52,784 bases of DNA from a virus. Its lineage: Duplodnaviria; Caudoviricetes. Location: IMG/VR virus record IMGVR_UViG_3300033446_000002, positions 1 through 52,784 of that record; one strand, given 5' to 3'. This document shows, piece by piece, positions 1 through 10,336 of this stretch. Both the position numbers and the translations under genes were made by a program. The notes under the pieces are model-generated. The model was not told the DNA's origin. It worked only from the letters and a program-made list of their open reading frames with translations, and did no database searches. Position 1 is the first letter of the stretch. Each line of letters opens with the position of its first letter.

Positions 1-36
1 AACAATAATGTTAATGATTTTTCTTGCTATTGACAT
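1..36 (-). CDS. 5' fragment of a leader-family protein (MSIARKIINIIV...), runs off the window
   Basis: ATG at 36, same leader and ttgctattgacatttt context as ORF 115-717. Confidence 0.6.
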   Translation of the reverse strand, partial: MSIARKIINIIV

Positions 37-114
37 TTTCATATTCATTTATAAATGTTTTTTAAGATATTCTCGCTTGAAAGGTTTCTCTTGTTTACTA
101 TATAAAAAAACAAC

Positions 115-717
115 TTATAATTTTAAATATTTAGGTTTATCAACAAACTTAGCAGGATTAACATCAAGTTCTAATGTACTAAAATCAACCCTTTCTTTAT
201 AACTTGTATATACGGGTCCATAATATTCTTGATCAAAAACATGTTTTAAAATACTGCCATAATTTCTGCCGTAATCTAGTTTACCACCTACCTTTTTACC
301 AACCCAATAGAAATCTTCAAGAGTAGTAAATTCATAATCCAACGGTACTTTTATTTTTTTTATTTGATCAAGATGACTATCATGACAATCTAACGCTCTT
401 TTTGGTTGATTCATTTTAAATTTCACACCACAAAAATCGCATATCAATTGCTTACCTATTTTTGAAACAGTTGTTTGATTCCATATCATTTTAGCTTCTT
501 CAGTCGTTTCATATATTAATACAAAATCACCATCTCTACTAACCATTGAAGAAGGTAGCAGATATCCATATTTAAAATCCTCACCCGGTTCTACTATAGG
601 GATTTGTTTCTCGTGATTGTCATAACCTTGATCACCCAATTCTCTATCTATATCATACCTATTTTTACTTCTTTCAGTTTCATTAATTTTATTAATTATA
701 TTTCTTGCTATTGACAT
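115..717 (-). CDS. leader-family protein (MSIARNIINKINE), putative internal head/cargo protein
   Basis: 200 aa ORF with shared leader; contains CxxC. Confidence 0.6.
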   Translation of the reverse strand: MSIARNIINKINETERSKNRYDIDRELGDQGYDNHEKQIPIVEPGEDFKYGYLLPSSMVSRDGDFVLIYETTEEAKMIWNQTTVSKIGKQLICDFCGVKFKMNQPKRALDCHDSHLDQIKKIKVPLDYEFTTLEDFYWVGKKVGGKLDYGRNYGSILKHVFDQEYYGPVYTSYKERVDFSTLELDVNPAKFVDKPKYLKL

Positions 718-774
718 TTTTATTCCTTTTGTTGTATGTTTTGATTAATTTAAAACCACATTTTACGAATGGTT

Positions 775-1143
775 TCATAATATTCTTGCTTGAAAAGTTG
801 ATTTTCTAACTAGAATTTTCAAATATGGTTTCTCTTGTTTACTATCTAACAACGTCAAAAAACCAGTATATTCAATATTTAAAAATTTTAAGTTTTCTAA
901 TTTAAATGACTCTTTTGATAAATAATTACCATCTTCAAGTTCATCAAATTCTGTGTCAACATAATTATGTAACTCCATTAATATTTCTGTTATATTATCT
1001 GTTTGAATAACCTCTGTCCAAAAAGGCAATATTTCATTGCTATCTTCTTTGCGTGTAATTACATCTATTACAATACACTTTTCTTCAATATAGTTTTCTA
1101 ACATTTTATCACCATTTAAACATAGGACATTGTGATTTTTCAT
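775..1143 (-). CDS. hypothetical protein
   Basis: 122 aa ORF; start may be the internal MLENY. Confidence 0.6.
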   Translation of the reverse strand: MKNHNVLCLNGDKMLENYIEEKCIVIDVITRKEDSNEILPFWTEVIQTDNITEILMELHNYVDTEFDELEDGNYLSKESFKLENLKFLNIEYTGFLTLLDSKQEKPYLKILVRKSTFQARIL

Positions 1144-1378
1144 ACATTACTTTAAAATCGACAAAACAACCACATTTTTTGCAATTCCCTGTGCCTGTTA
1201 TATTTAATGGCGCAGTCATTAATTGAGGACATCTTTTACAAATTAGAATTCTTTTATTCTTGACTTCTTCACTTGCATAAGAAGTATTGCCTGTAATAGT
1301 GTCTTTTATAACATCTACTAAATTATATTTACTACTCTCATTTTCTTGAGTTTTTCTTTTAGAGCAATTACAACCCAT
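1109..1378 (-). CDS. small Cys-rich protein (DUF6171-like)
   Basis: RILICKRC...CKKCGCF..K....QCP..KW pattern. Confidence 0.6.
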   Translation of the reverse strand: MGCNCSKRKTQENESSKYNLVDVIKDTITGNTSYASEEVKNKRILICKRCPQLMTAPLNITGTGNCKKCGCFVDFKVMYEKSQCPMFKW

Positions 1379-1401
1379 AATAAGCCTCTTATCTTCTATT
1401 G

Positions 1402-2703
1402 TTATTTAATCCATGAATCACGACTACCTACAACATAAGTATTTACTGATTCTGTGTCATATTCAAATGCGACATGAGTAACCATGTATTTACCAGATAA
1501 TTTTTTATTTGGTTCGGATTTTTCATCTTGCTTTCCTAATTCATATTCTATTTGACAAATATCAATAGGTGTGATATTAAAAAAATCACGCATAAAAGTC
1601 ATTTTTATATTGATTTTTCTAAGAGATAGCATTGTTGCTGCATATTGTACTTTTTGATCAACATAATATCGACTATACATATTGGTATTATAATTCTCAT
1701 GCTTCATTCTTTGTGTTGATCTAAAAATAGGCATTTCACTGGGAATTGTACCGTTTCCATCAAAATCCATTTGATCAGTGTAGGGTGCGCTATCCTCAAA
1801 TAAATAAGGGTGTCTGGTTTTTCTAAACCATTGTGTATTTTCTTCAATATCATAAGCAAATGAACTGCGTTGCCAATATTTAGCAGAATAATCCGCACCT
1901 TTTATATCTAATTGTGCATCACGATATACAATTGTGGGTGACTCACCTTTAAATGAAAAAAATGCTTTTCTGCCATCTTTAAAACTTTTAATTCCAAATG
2001 ATCTGGCACGCAATTTAACATCATAAAAATACACAACAGGCAAGCCTTCTTCAGTAAAATCTATACAAGAAGTATAAACCCATTCATTTGCATTTGTATT
2101 GTATTTTCCACCACCTCCACCTGATTCCGGTGTTTTAACAACTCTAGCAAGTGTTTTATTTACCGTTTCAATTCCTGTCTGATCATTTTGCATCCAAAAT
2201 TGTTTGTCATGTGCAGACGATGTTAAATTGTCTTTAATTTCTATTTTTATTGTACCAGTACCTCTAGCACCACTACCCTCACCTGAAGTTTTTGATAAAA
2301 AGACAGGTGATTTTTCCTCTGTTGATAATGCTTTAATTTCAGGACTACCTAAATATTTATAGGCATCTGTAATTCCAATAATTTCAATATATTCATCACC
2401 TGCTTTGGGCATTCCTTGCTGACCTTTTAAATAACTTTTTGCAAGAAAATACCTTCCAACTTTTTTATCAATAACTACATTCTTGTCATTAGTTATGCCT
2501 ATTTCAACATCTATTATTGACATTTCTACGATAGAATTTTCAATCACTTCCCTACGGTTAGAATTGATTTTTAGAATTAATTTAGACATAATATTGCCCA
2601 AATAGAATTCCATTAAAATATTTTTAACTTCTTCTTGTTTTAGCTCAACTTTGTTTATTTTAACCTTTGCATAAAATGCACTATGTCTTTTTATATCTGC
2701 CAT
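1402..2703 (-). CDS. putative baseplate hub protein (gp27-like)
   Basis: 433 aa, C-terminal LSGKYMVTHV motif; position after gp53-like gene. Confidence 0.5.
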   Translation of the reverse strand: MADIKRHSAFYAKVKINKVELKQEEVKNILMEFYLGNIMSKLILKINSNRREVIENSIVEMSIIDVEIGITNDKNVVIDKKVGRYFLAKSYLKGQQGMPKAGDEYIEIIGITDAYKYLGSPEIKALSTEEKSPVFLSKTSGEGSGARGTGTIKIEIKDNLTSSAHDKQFWMQNDQTGIETVNKTLARVVKTPESGGGGGKYNTNANEWVYTSCIDFTEEGLPVVYFYDVKLRARSFGIKSFKDGRKAFFSFKGESPTIVYRDAQLDIKGADYSAKYWQRSSFAYDIEENTQWFRKTRHPYLFEDSAPYTDQMDFDGNGTIPSEMPIFRSTQRMKHENYNTNMYSRYYVDQKVQYAATMLSLRKINIKMTFMRDFFNITPIDICQIEYELGKQDEKSEPNKKLSGKYMVTHVAFEYDTESVNTYVVGSRDSWIK

Positions 2704-2704
2704 T

Positions 2705-3001
2705 TTAATTCAACATGTTGTCAAAATCATCTTTTGGAATAAAATATATTTTATTTGGCACAACAAAAGGGTCTGTAATTTCATTATATATTGCTAGAAC
2801 AATCCATCTGTTCGTGTCTTTATATATATCAAAAGCAATAACTTCAAGTCGCCTGCTATTTGCAGATACCCATTTCTTCTTGGGATATGTGATTATTTTT
2901 TCATATAAATCAGATGATAATATTGCATCATGGATATTATATTGAAAATCGTACATAAAAAAACTATCTAAACTTAAATTGTCTTTTAAATGAGATTTCA
3001 T
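2705..3001 (-). CDS. baseplate wedge protein, gp53/LysM-like
   Basis: RLEVIAFDIYKDTNRWIVLAIYNEITDPF motif. Confidence 0.65.
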   Translation of the reverse strand: MKSHLKDNLSLDSFFMYDFQYNIHDAILSSDLYEKIITYPKKKWVSANSRRLEVIAFDIYKDTNRWIVLAIYNEITDPFVVPNKIYFIPKDDFDNMLN

Positions 3002-3702
3002 AATTTTTTAAACCATTTAAAATATTCAGTATAATCTAAAGCGCGACCAGTTTTAAATGCGTAAGTACATTTAATATATACAGGAGAACCATCTTCCCTT
3101 AATTGTTGCGATGGTGAATATGTGAAATTTTCACAAATCATGTGAGTTATTTCTAAATGTTCACCAATTACAATAGTACAAGTATTAGCAGGGCTTACAG
3201 CATCTTTCCCCGCCGCATCATTAGGTGCATATTTCATTGGTGCTTGAATATGAGTCATTTCAACTGTTGCAGGACAGGTTAGTTTAAGAGAATCCTCAAT
3301 GATTTTTGCATAACTTTTGCTGGGCGTAAATTCTTTCATGATAAATAAATCAACAGATAAAGGCACACTCGGCGAACTTTCATACTTAGTAATAGTATCA
3401 TTTAAAGTTTGAGAGCCAAAACCTGCCACTGATTTACCTACATTTGCTATTGTACCTATAGAACCAGAAGGTAATCCTGTCATTTTTTCAACACCACCTG
3501 CTGCACCTTCTACTGCACTTTTCATAGCATCACCAACAGCATTACCGCCGTATTGAGATGAAAAACCTAATGAAGTTGGTGCGCTTGATAAACCATCTAT
3601 TTTTATACCATCTGGGTGTATAATTGATATTAAATATTTACTATAAAAACCACTATTAAATACATAATTATGAATTAAATCTCGACCATGAAACTCTTCC
3701 AT
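2998..3702 (-). CDS. putative baseplate/tail-tube initiator (gp48/54-like)
   Basis: 234 aa; synteny between tape measure and gp53-like gene. Confidence 0.45.
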   Translation of the reverse strand: MEEFHGRDLIHNYVFNSGFYSKYLISIIHPDGIKIDGLSSAPTSLGFSSQYGGNAVGDAMKSAVEGAAGGVEKMTGLPSGSIGTIANVGKSVAGFGSQTLNDTITKYESSPSVPLSVDLFIMKEFTPSKSYAKIIEDSLKLTCPATVEMTHIQAPMKYAPNDAAGKDAVSPANTCTIVIGEHLEITHMICENFTYSPSQQLREDGSPVYIKCTYAFKTGRALDYTEYFKWFKKL

Positions 3703-3706
3703 TTTA

Positions 3707-6700
3707 TTATCCTACGTTAGCCGCACCAGTTAATAACAACATTATATTTAAATCATCAATTGATCGTTTTATACCATTATCTTTATCAAAATAATTACCG
3801 TTATCATAAGATGGGTTTTTACCTGATCCCATACTACTAGATTGTGTTACTGATGTTTGATTACTAGATATATTATTAATAACAGATTCAGATGTTTGAT
3901 CACTTATGGTATTTGCCATACTTTCATCTCTTGATATTTCAGGAATATTAAAATCATTTTCAGGAACTTCAATATTAGAAATAGGTTGCATAATATTTGA
4001 AATGCCTGAATATGCAGATGAAATTGTAGAATCGACCATATTACCAATATTTGAAATATCATTCATACCTGTATTTACTATAGAATCCATACTAGGTATT
4101 TTTATACTATGAATAATATCTGAGACATTTGGTAAATTAAGTTTATCTGTTAAATCTGAAATACTAGGTATATTGAATTGTTTTTTAATATCATCAAATG
4201 ATGGTAAATTTAATCCACTCGTTATTTTATCTAAAATACTCTCAGGCTTTATTTCTGTATTTTCTGTTTTGCCTATATTTTCATCGGTTTTTTCACTAGA
4301 AGATTCGTTTTGACAACAACAATTTGAACTAGATGTATTTGATGTATCTTGTTGCGTTACAATAGGTTCTGGTATTGTTGGCAATGTACCATTAATAACA
4401 GATGGTACAATAGATGGTGCAGTGGGATTATTTGGTGTTAGTTGAAAATTTTGTTGCGTTGGTTGATCAATTAATTGTTGTAAATTTGGTTGCGTCTGTA
4501 ATTGTTGTGTTTCATTTGTTGCTTGTTGAGCGTTTTGAGTTTTAGTATCTTTAGTATCTGTTGTAGGAGTCGGAATTGTTGCAACTGCTTCATTTGCAGA
4601 TGTTGTTGTAAGTGATTCAATTTTTTTTAATGCTTCAGGTGTTAAACCAACATGTAAATGCCCACCTGTAGCATGTTTTGCAGGATTTACATATTCATTT
4701 ATAAGTTGCACATCTTTTCTATCCTTACCTCTTCCTGAACCTACCGTTAAGCCTATACTCTGGTAATATTCAGTTAGTTTTCTCATTGCTTCTTTTGAGC
4801 CTTTTTTCCCAGATGCCAATGTCACATCAAATGCACGACCTTTATTATGCTCTGAACTTTTATTGGCTTTTTGATGATAAGCATCACTAAAAGCCGCTGA
4901 ACGTACAAATTCCTTACCAAGTAATTGCTTAGTAAGATACCCTAATTTATAAGTGCCATCTTGTGATTGAACGTTATCTGCATTGCTACGACCACCTTTA
5001 AATGGTATGTATTTATCACGATTTTCAATCAAATCTTTAGGAATGAAAACTTTGCCTGTTGGTGTTGTAATAGGTTGAGAAGTTTGTGGTACAGAAACAT
5101 CAGATGTTTGTTGTGTTGTATCTTGAACACTAGGCGAGCTAGGAGAGCTAGTGTAAGTAGTGCTTGAATCTGAAGCACCTGAATAATCTAAAGAACCAGA
5201 AGAACCAGCAGCAACAACGGTATTTTCCAATCCATTGAATCCGCCAATAAGCATATCTTTTATTGGATTTAAAGATTCTTGTAATTTCTTTATTGTCTCG
5301 TCAAATATTTCAGTTTGCTTTGTTACAATGCTATCCAATTTAACATTTAACAAATCCTTGTTGCTTATAATTGTACTTATAACAGCTTTTGTTTCAGGAC
5401 TATAATTTTGCAAAGAATTAACGTTAGTTAAATTGGTAGCAATAGGAACGGATTGAACTGTTTTATTTTCTTGTTCATTTTTATTTTCTGATTTAAAATC
5501 TTTAGTTTCTGTTATTGTTTGATTATTTTTATCAATTTTAACAGATACTTTTAATGCTTCTTTTGCAGATGATTCTATATTAATAACAGGGTTTATTTGA
5601 GATTGATTGCCTGTAGTTATAGGTGTTGTTGTTATAGGTGTTGTTGTTATAGATGGGGTTGTTATAGAAGATGTGGCAGATGTGGCATTTTCTTTTGCCA
5701 TTTCCTTCATTTTCTTAATTTCAGCAAGCGATTTAACCTTGCTTTTATCATATACTATTCCGTACTCATCTAATCGACTTGCAAGTATTTCAGAGATTGG
5801 CTCATTTTTAAGCATCTTTTCTTTTAATACATTAAAATATCCAATCTTCTCACTTAGTCTTATTTTATCATCTGAACTTGCGCCGACAATTGATAACCCA
5901 GCATCTATAACATTACCTGATGTTTCACTTACTTTTTCACCTACTTTTAACGCACTTGCTGCATATTCCCCTACTTTGTCACCCGCAAAATAACCAGCAG
6001 CACCACCAATAGCACCACCTACGAGAGTTCCCGCAACAGGAATAAAAGAACCTACAGAAGCTCCAATTGCAGCACCTCCTAAAGCACCTACTGTTCCAGT
6101 TGTGATTCCAACAGCTTTATCTACTTTATCTTCAGTTGTCTTCTTTTCATCGCTCATATTCTCGTACATTTCATACGCACCAAGAGCCACTGTGGCACCT
6201 GCCATCACTTTTGATAAAACAGACATATTCCCTGTAAAAGCACCACCTTTTGTTGTATTTACTTTAGCAGATTCGCCTGCTTTGGCGGACTCCCCACCTT
6301 TAGCAGATTCCCCACCTTTAGCAGATTCATTTGCTTTTGGTTTTGCTGATTCTTTTGGTGTGGGTTTTCCTTCTGTTAGTTTTGTTGGAATATCCGGTAA
6401 ATTACTTTGAGAAGAAGCATTTGCTAATATAAACTTTTTTAATTCTTTTTCTAATTTATCTTGTTCGTCTTGAGAAAATTCTTTTAAATTATATAATTCT
6501 TTTTTCAAATAAGAGAGCATTTCATCAACTTGATCGCCCATAAAATCCTTAATATGGACTTCTTGTCGATACATTAAATCATCTACTTTATTTGCTGAAC
6601 TTGTATTTTTATCATCTATTTCTTCTAACTTTTTTAATGTTTTGTTAGAAGTCGCCTCAATAGAATCTGCGGTTTTTTGAACTTCATCAATGGGTTTATC

Positions 6701-7357
6701 ATCACGGCTTTCTATTTCCAAAACACCTAGAAGACCAAGTATATTGCCAGCAGTTTTTAATAAAGTGTTTTTACCTTTTTTCTCTATTTGTTTTTCTTTT
6801 TCTTCTTTCTTTGAATTTTTATCTTCTTCTTCTTTGGATAGTTCAACAACACCCAAAATTTCAAGTATTTTTCCAGTTGTTTTTAATAAGGTATTTTTGC
6901 TTTTTTTCTCTACTTGTTTTTCTTTTTCTTCTTCTATTGTCTTTAATTTTGCAAATTTCTCATTGTTTTGATTATTAAACAGACCTGAATTTTTCTTTTT
7001 GTTTAATTTAGTTAAACTTAGAGTGAAATTGCCTATCGACTTACTTAAATCTTTTATCCTATTTAAAATACGAGCATCTGTTGTTTTAATCTTTTTTAAT
7101 CTATTAATTTCATCTGTATATTTATCAATTACACCTTTAATAGATTTTTTAACTTTATTATCGACAAGCTCTTCTTCTGGATTTTTTGAGTTTTTTTTTA
7201 ATATATCAAGCAATGATTTTTCAGGTGTTTTAAATGGTTTTTCTAATCTAGCAACATTTTCAACTTCTTTTCTTGTTGGATTAACAACAATCTTTGTTTG
7301 TTCATTTTCTTGATTATTTTTTTGTTCTTCTGTTGTTTCCATATTAGATTTTTCCAT
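3707..7357 (-). CDS. tape-measure/baseplate-hub-like protein with glycine zipper and peptidase M15-like domain
   Basis: 1216 aa; coiled coil, GAAIGASVG zipper, SEHNKGRAFD...HATGGHLH Zn motif, low-complexity repeats. Confidence 0.6.
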   Translation of the reverse strand: MEKSNMETTEEQKNNQENEQTKIVVNPTRKEVENVARLEKPFKTPEKSLLDILKKNSKNPEEELVDNKVKKSIKGVIDKYTDEINRLKKIKTTDARILNRIKDLSKSIGNFTLSLTKLNKKKNSGLFNNQNNEKFAKLKTIEEEKEKQVEKKSKNTLLKTTGKILEILGVVELSKEEEDKNSKKEEKEKQIEKKGKNTLLKTAGNILGLLGVLEIESRDDKPIDEVQKTADSIEATSNKTLKKLEEIDDKNTSSANKVDDLMYRQEVHIKDFMGDQVDEMLSYLKKELYNLKEFSQDEQDKLEKELKKFILANASSQSNLPDIPTKLTEGKPTPKESAKPKANESAKGGESAKGGESAKAGESAKVNTTKGGAFTGNMSVLSKVMAGATVALGAYEMYENMSDEKKTTEDKVDKAVGITTGTVGALGGAAIGASVGSFIPVAGTLVGGAIGGAAGYFAGDKVGEYAASALKVGEKVSETSGNVIDAGLSIVGASSDDKIRLSEKIGYFNVLKEKMLKNEPISEILASRLDEYGIVYDKSKVKSLAEIKKMKEMAKENATSATSSITTPSITTTPITTTPITTGNQSQINPVINIESSAKEALKVSVKIDKNNQTITETKDFKSENKNEQENKTVQSVPIATNLTNVNSLQNYSPETKAVISTIISNKDLLNVKLDSIVTKQTEIFDETIKKLQESLNPIKDMLIGGFNGLENTVVAAGSSGSLDYSGASDSSTTYTSSPSSPSVQDTTQQTSDVSVPQTSQPITTPTGKVFIPKDLIENRDKYIPFKGGRSNADNVQSQDGTYKLGYLTKQLLGKEFVRSAAFSDAYHQKANKSSEHNKGRAFDVTLASGKKGSKEAMRKLTEYYQSIGLTVGSGRGKDRKDVQLINEYVNPAKHATGGHLHVGLTPEALKKIESLTTTSANEAVATIPTPTTDTKDTKTQNAQQATNETQQLQTQPNLQQLIDQPTQQNFQLTPNNPTAPSIVPSVINGTLPTIPEPIVTQQDTSNTSSSNCCCQNESSSEKTDENIGKTENTEIKPESILDKITSGLNLPSFDDIKKQFNIPSISDLTDKLNLPNVSDIIHSIKIPSMDSIVNTGMNDISNIGNMVDSTISSAYSGISNIMQPISNIEVPENDFNIPEISRDESMANTISDQTSESVINNISSNQTSVTQSSSMGSGKNPSYDNGNYFDKDNGIKRSIDDLNIMLLLTGAANVG

Positions 7358-7374
7358 TTAAAATTAACATTCTA

Positions 7375-7512
7375 TTATTTCTTATAATGCTTAATAAATC
7401 TATCGTTATAACTAATGGCATCCGAATAAGGCATTGCAATAACATCACTATATTGAAGATGTAAATTAAATGTTAAATAAAACATAAATTCATTAAACTT
7501 TTTGAAATTCAC
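7375..7512 (-). CDS. small gp51-like hub assembly/tail chaperone (45 aa, absent from ORF track)
   Basis: GTG start 1 nt after the gp26-like stop; FNEFMFYLTFNLHLQYSDVIAMPYSD. Confidence 0.55.
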   Translation of the reverse strand: MNFKKFNEFMFYLTFNLHLQYSDVIAMPYSDAISYNDRFIKHYKK

Positions 7513-7513
7513 C

Positions 7514-8272
7514 TTAAAGATACAACCTTGTGAAATTTAATTCTAATGCAGAACTATATTCACGACCGCAGGGTTCAGAAGGACATTTAATGGCAATGTT
7601 TTTCAATCCTAAGTTAATTTTTTTATATACATCATTTAGTTTAGTTGAATAAGGTTTAGCAGGCAAAGCACTTAATTTATTATATTCTTCAATAAACATA
7701 GAAACAGCATCATCTATCTGATCTATATTTGCAATATTTTGGTTTTTACAAAATGTGAGTATTGATAATTCATCATCATATTCTTCATTAAGCTCATCAC
7801 CTAATCTTGTTTTAACAGCATCTAACATTAATAAATCACGTATTCTTATATGATTAAATACCATATCATCAATAATTATATTTTTTGACTCTAGGTCATC
7901 AAATTCTATATCTTCAAGTTTAATAGTAATTGGAAAGCTGTTTCCACAAGAAGGGCATTTACTTTCTGCTTTAATTGCAAAATCTGTATCAGTTATTTTT
8001 GCCACATAAAACATTAACGCTTTGAAATCAATAGGCAACAAATCTTCTATTTTAACTTCCTTAATAACATTTGCATATATTTTCACTAATGTTTTAAAAG
8101 AAACATCCGATGATCTGTTTAATGCTCTAACTTCCCCAACAGTTAATCCTCTAAGATAAACGCTTGTTGTGTTGTATGTTTTAAACCCACTTGGCAATTC
8201 TTTAACTTCTATTAATTCGTTGTAATTTTCTTTGGTTTTTGGTGCTGATTGTTCATCTACGATTTTAAACAT
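7514..8272 (-). CDS. baseplate hub assembly protein, gp26-like
   Basis: ELPSG...LRGLTV, two CxxC-type motifs, located before tape measure. Confidence 0.65.
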   Translation of the reverse strand: MFKIVDEQSAPKTKENYNELIEVKELPSGFKTYNTTSVYLRGLTVGEVRALNRSSDVSFKTLVKIYANVIKEVKIEDLLPIDFKALMFYVAKITDTDFAIKAESKCPSCGNSFPITIKLEDIEFDDLESKNIIIDDMVFNHIRIRDLLMLDAVKTRLGDELNEEYDDELSILTFCKNQNIANIDQIDDAVSMFIEEYNKLSALPAKPYSTKLNDVYKKINLGLKNIAIKCPSEPCGREYSSALELNFTRLYL

Positions 8273-8290
8273 TATAGTCTCTAAGGTAGG

Positions 8291-8845
8291 TTAAAATAAA
8301 ACATCTTTAATTTCATCATCTTCTTTAACGTCATCTATTAATGCTAATTTTTCTGTACGTTTTTTATATTCACTAGCCCAATAATCTAAAAATTCTTTTG
8401 TGGATTTTCCTTTGCCACCATTGGTATTCATATTTCTTCTAATACTAGCACTAACATCAAAACCATCTCTAGCAGATTTCAATATTTGAGAAATACCACC
8501 TGCACCTTGTTGATGTGCTAAATATGCTATTTCAGGGTTTTTCTTAATATCAATATCAAAGCCTTGACTTTTAAGATATTTAAGATTTTGCAATGTATAT
8601 CTAGCTGCTGCATCTGCATTTTTTTCTGCATCTAATCTATCATTGGGATTTAAACCCATCTCTATAGCAGTTGTTTTTCCAAACTGATATAATCCTGCAT
8701 ATCCTAAGTTATTGATAACTTTTTCATCACCGGCAGATTCTATTTCCGCCATTGAACGCATAAAATTTAAGGGCAATCCATGCTTTTGAGATGCTTTATA
8801 AATTGCTTTTTCAACATTTTCATTAAATTTTTTTGTATGTTTCAT
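8291..8845 (-). CDS. lytic transglycosylase (SLT domain)
   Basis: AEIES, GLYQF, AYLAHQQG motifs. Confidence 0.85.
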   Translation of the reverse strand: MKHTKKFNENVEKAIYKASQKHGLPLNFMRSMAEIESAGDEKVINNLGYAGLYQFGKTTAIEMGLNPNDRLDAEKNADAAARYTLQNLKYLKSQGFDIDIKKNPEIAYLAHQQGAGGISQILKSARDGFDVSASIRRNMNTNGGKGKSTKEFLDYWASEYKKRTEKLALIDDVKEDDEIKDVLF

Positions 8846-8909
8846 ACCAGATATCCTTTAAGTTTGACACTAAATTCATCTGTTGTGGATTTAAACATAA
8901 ATAAATGTC

Positions 8910-9701
8910 TTATAATAATTTATATGTTTTTTCATTTGTGTGCTTATCAATTCTTTCTCTAGCTATATCAAAATACTCTTGATTTATTTCAATACCAATA
9001 AATTTGCGATTTAGATTTAGTGCTGCAATAGCTGTTGTGCCACTTCCCATAAAAGGGTCAAGAATTACGTCATTCTCATTTGTTACCCATTTTATTAATG
9101 TTTCAATAACATTCACTGGTTTTTGTGTTGGATGTTTTGTTCTTTCAGAATGAGGCATACACGGCTTTGGATTGCCCAAAATAACATCTGTTTGATAACG
9201 AAAACCATCATTGCTACTCACATAATTATCTTCAGTCCAAGCAGATTGACATGCTCTATCTATCTGATCTTTGCCACCTCTCCTATAACCTGATTTTCTC
9301 TGTTTTTTGGAATAGGGTTCACCGACTACTTTCACATGATTCCAAGTTAAATTTTTTATTTTATGTTCGGGATGTGCGAAAACAGTGTATAATTCTGATT
9401 TACAACGTGGCTTTTTTGCTGAGTGTGTTCTCATTCCTGATAATGTTTTTAACCAAACACCGTTAAATCTAAAACTCCAAATAGTAGAGATATGTGCAGA
9501 CATTTCAATTGGGCAAAATACAATTAAATAACCATCAGGCTTAACAACCCTTAATAATTCATTTACCCATTGCATATTTAAATTATTTTTATCAAAATGC
9601 AAATCTGTAGTTAGATATGGTGGGTCTGTAATTATTGCGTCAATTGAATTTTCATCTAAATCTTTTATTGCATTTAAACAATCATCTTTAATTAATATCA
9701 C
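8910..9701 (-). CDS. DNA N6-adenine/N4-cytosine methyltransferase (beta class)
   Basis: DPPY, HPTQKP, LDPFMGSGTT motifs. Confidence 0.92.
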   Translation of the reverse strand: MILIKDDCLNAIKDLDENSIDAIITDPPYLTTDLHFDKNNLNMQWVNELLRVVKPDGYLIVFCPIEMSAHISTIWSFRFNGVWLKTLSGMRTHSAKKPRCKSELYTVFAHPEHKIKNLTWNHVKVVGEPYSKKQRKSGYRRGGKDQIDRACQSAWTEDNYVSSNDGFRYQTDVILGNPKPCMPHSERTKHPTQKPVNVIETLIKWVTNENDVILDPFMGSGTTAIAALNLNRKFIGIEINQEYFDIARERIDKHTNEKTYKLL

Positions 9702-9713
9702 TTTTATATCTCG

Positions 9714-10244
9714 TTATTTTTCGTTTTTTTGATGAACTCGTACAATGTTCATTGTGATACTAGCTACAACAAATTCCGCAGATGCTTGACCTTGAAAATC
9801 TGTTTTATCAGGTGGCAAGACATCATATTTACTTTGTAGCACATGACCGCCGCTATCTCTACTATATTTTCTAACTTCTATTGTTTTTACCATTTTAGCT
9901 ATATCAACAAAACCTTGATCTGTGTGAATAGACCTAGACCAATCCCTGAAGAAATTACGAACTCTTAATAAACGTCCTTTATTTCCATCATCATAAAAAT
10001 CCACAGTTAATTCACCTAAATAATTTACAGCTTTTGGAATTGGTAAATTCAAACCGGGTCCCACAGGAATAGTTTCATATTCTATATTGTAAATAGGCTC
10101 TGTCACACTCTGAGCAGGAATAACATCATTAATAGCACCACCACTTTGCAAAATATTGGGGGTGCTTTCCGTAAATCTTACCGACCATAAGTGACCTTGA
10201 TAAAATTCTGATGATTTATGGATTGAATCTAGGCTGAATTTCAT
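9714..10244 (-). CDS. tail tube-like protein (gp19/gp54 family)
   Basis: W-S-V-x-F start, LTVDFYD, FFRDW pattern. Confidence 0.6.
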   Translation of the reverse strand: MKFSLDSIHKSSEFYQGHLWSVRFTESTPNILQSGGAINDVIPAQSVTEPIYNIEYETIPVGPGLNLPIPKAVNYLGELTVDFYDDGNKGRLLRVRNFFRDWSRSIHTDQGFVDIAKMVKTIEVRKYSRDSGGHVLQSKYDVLPPDKTDFQGQASAEFVVASITMNIVRVHQKNEK

Positions 10245-10336
10245 ATTTTATTCTGCATTATTTAATTAAATTATATTTGTAAATAATCTCTTATTTATAG
10301 ATTAAGTCTAGTGCAACATTATAGTGTGGATTTTAA

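Noticed and set aside
3906-7313. Plus-strand ORFs opposite long minus-strand genes (also elsewhere in the window)
   Set aside because: Antisense shadows of real genes
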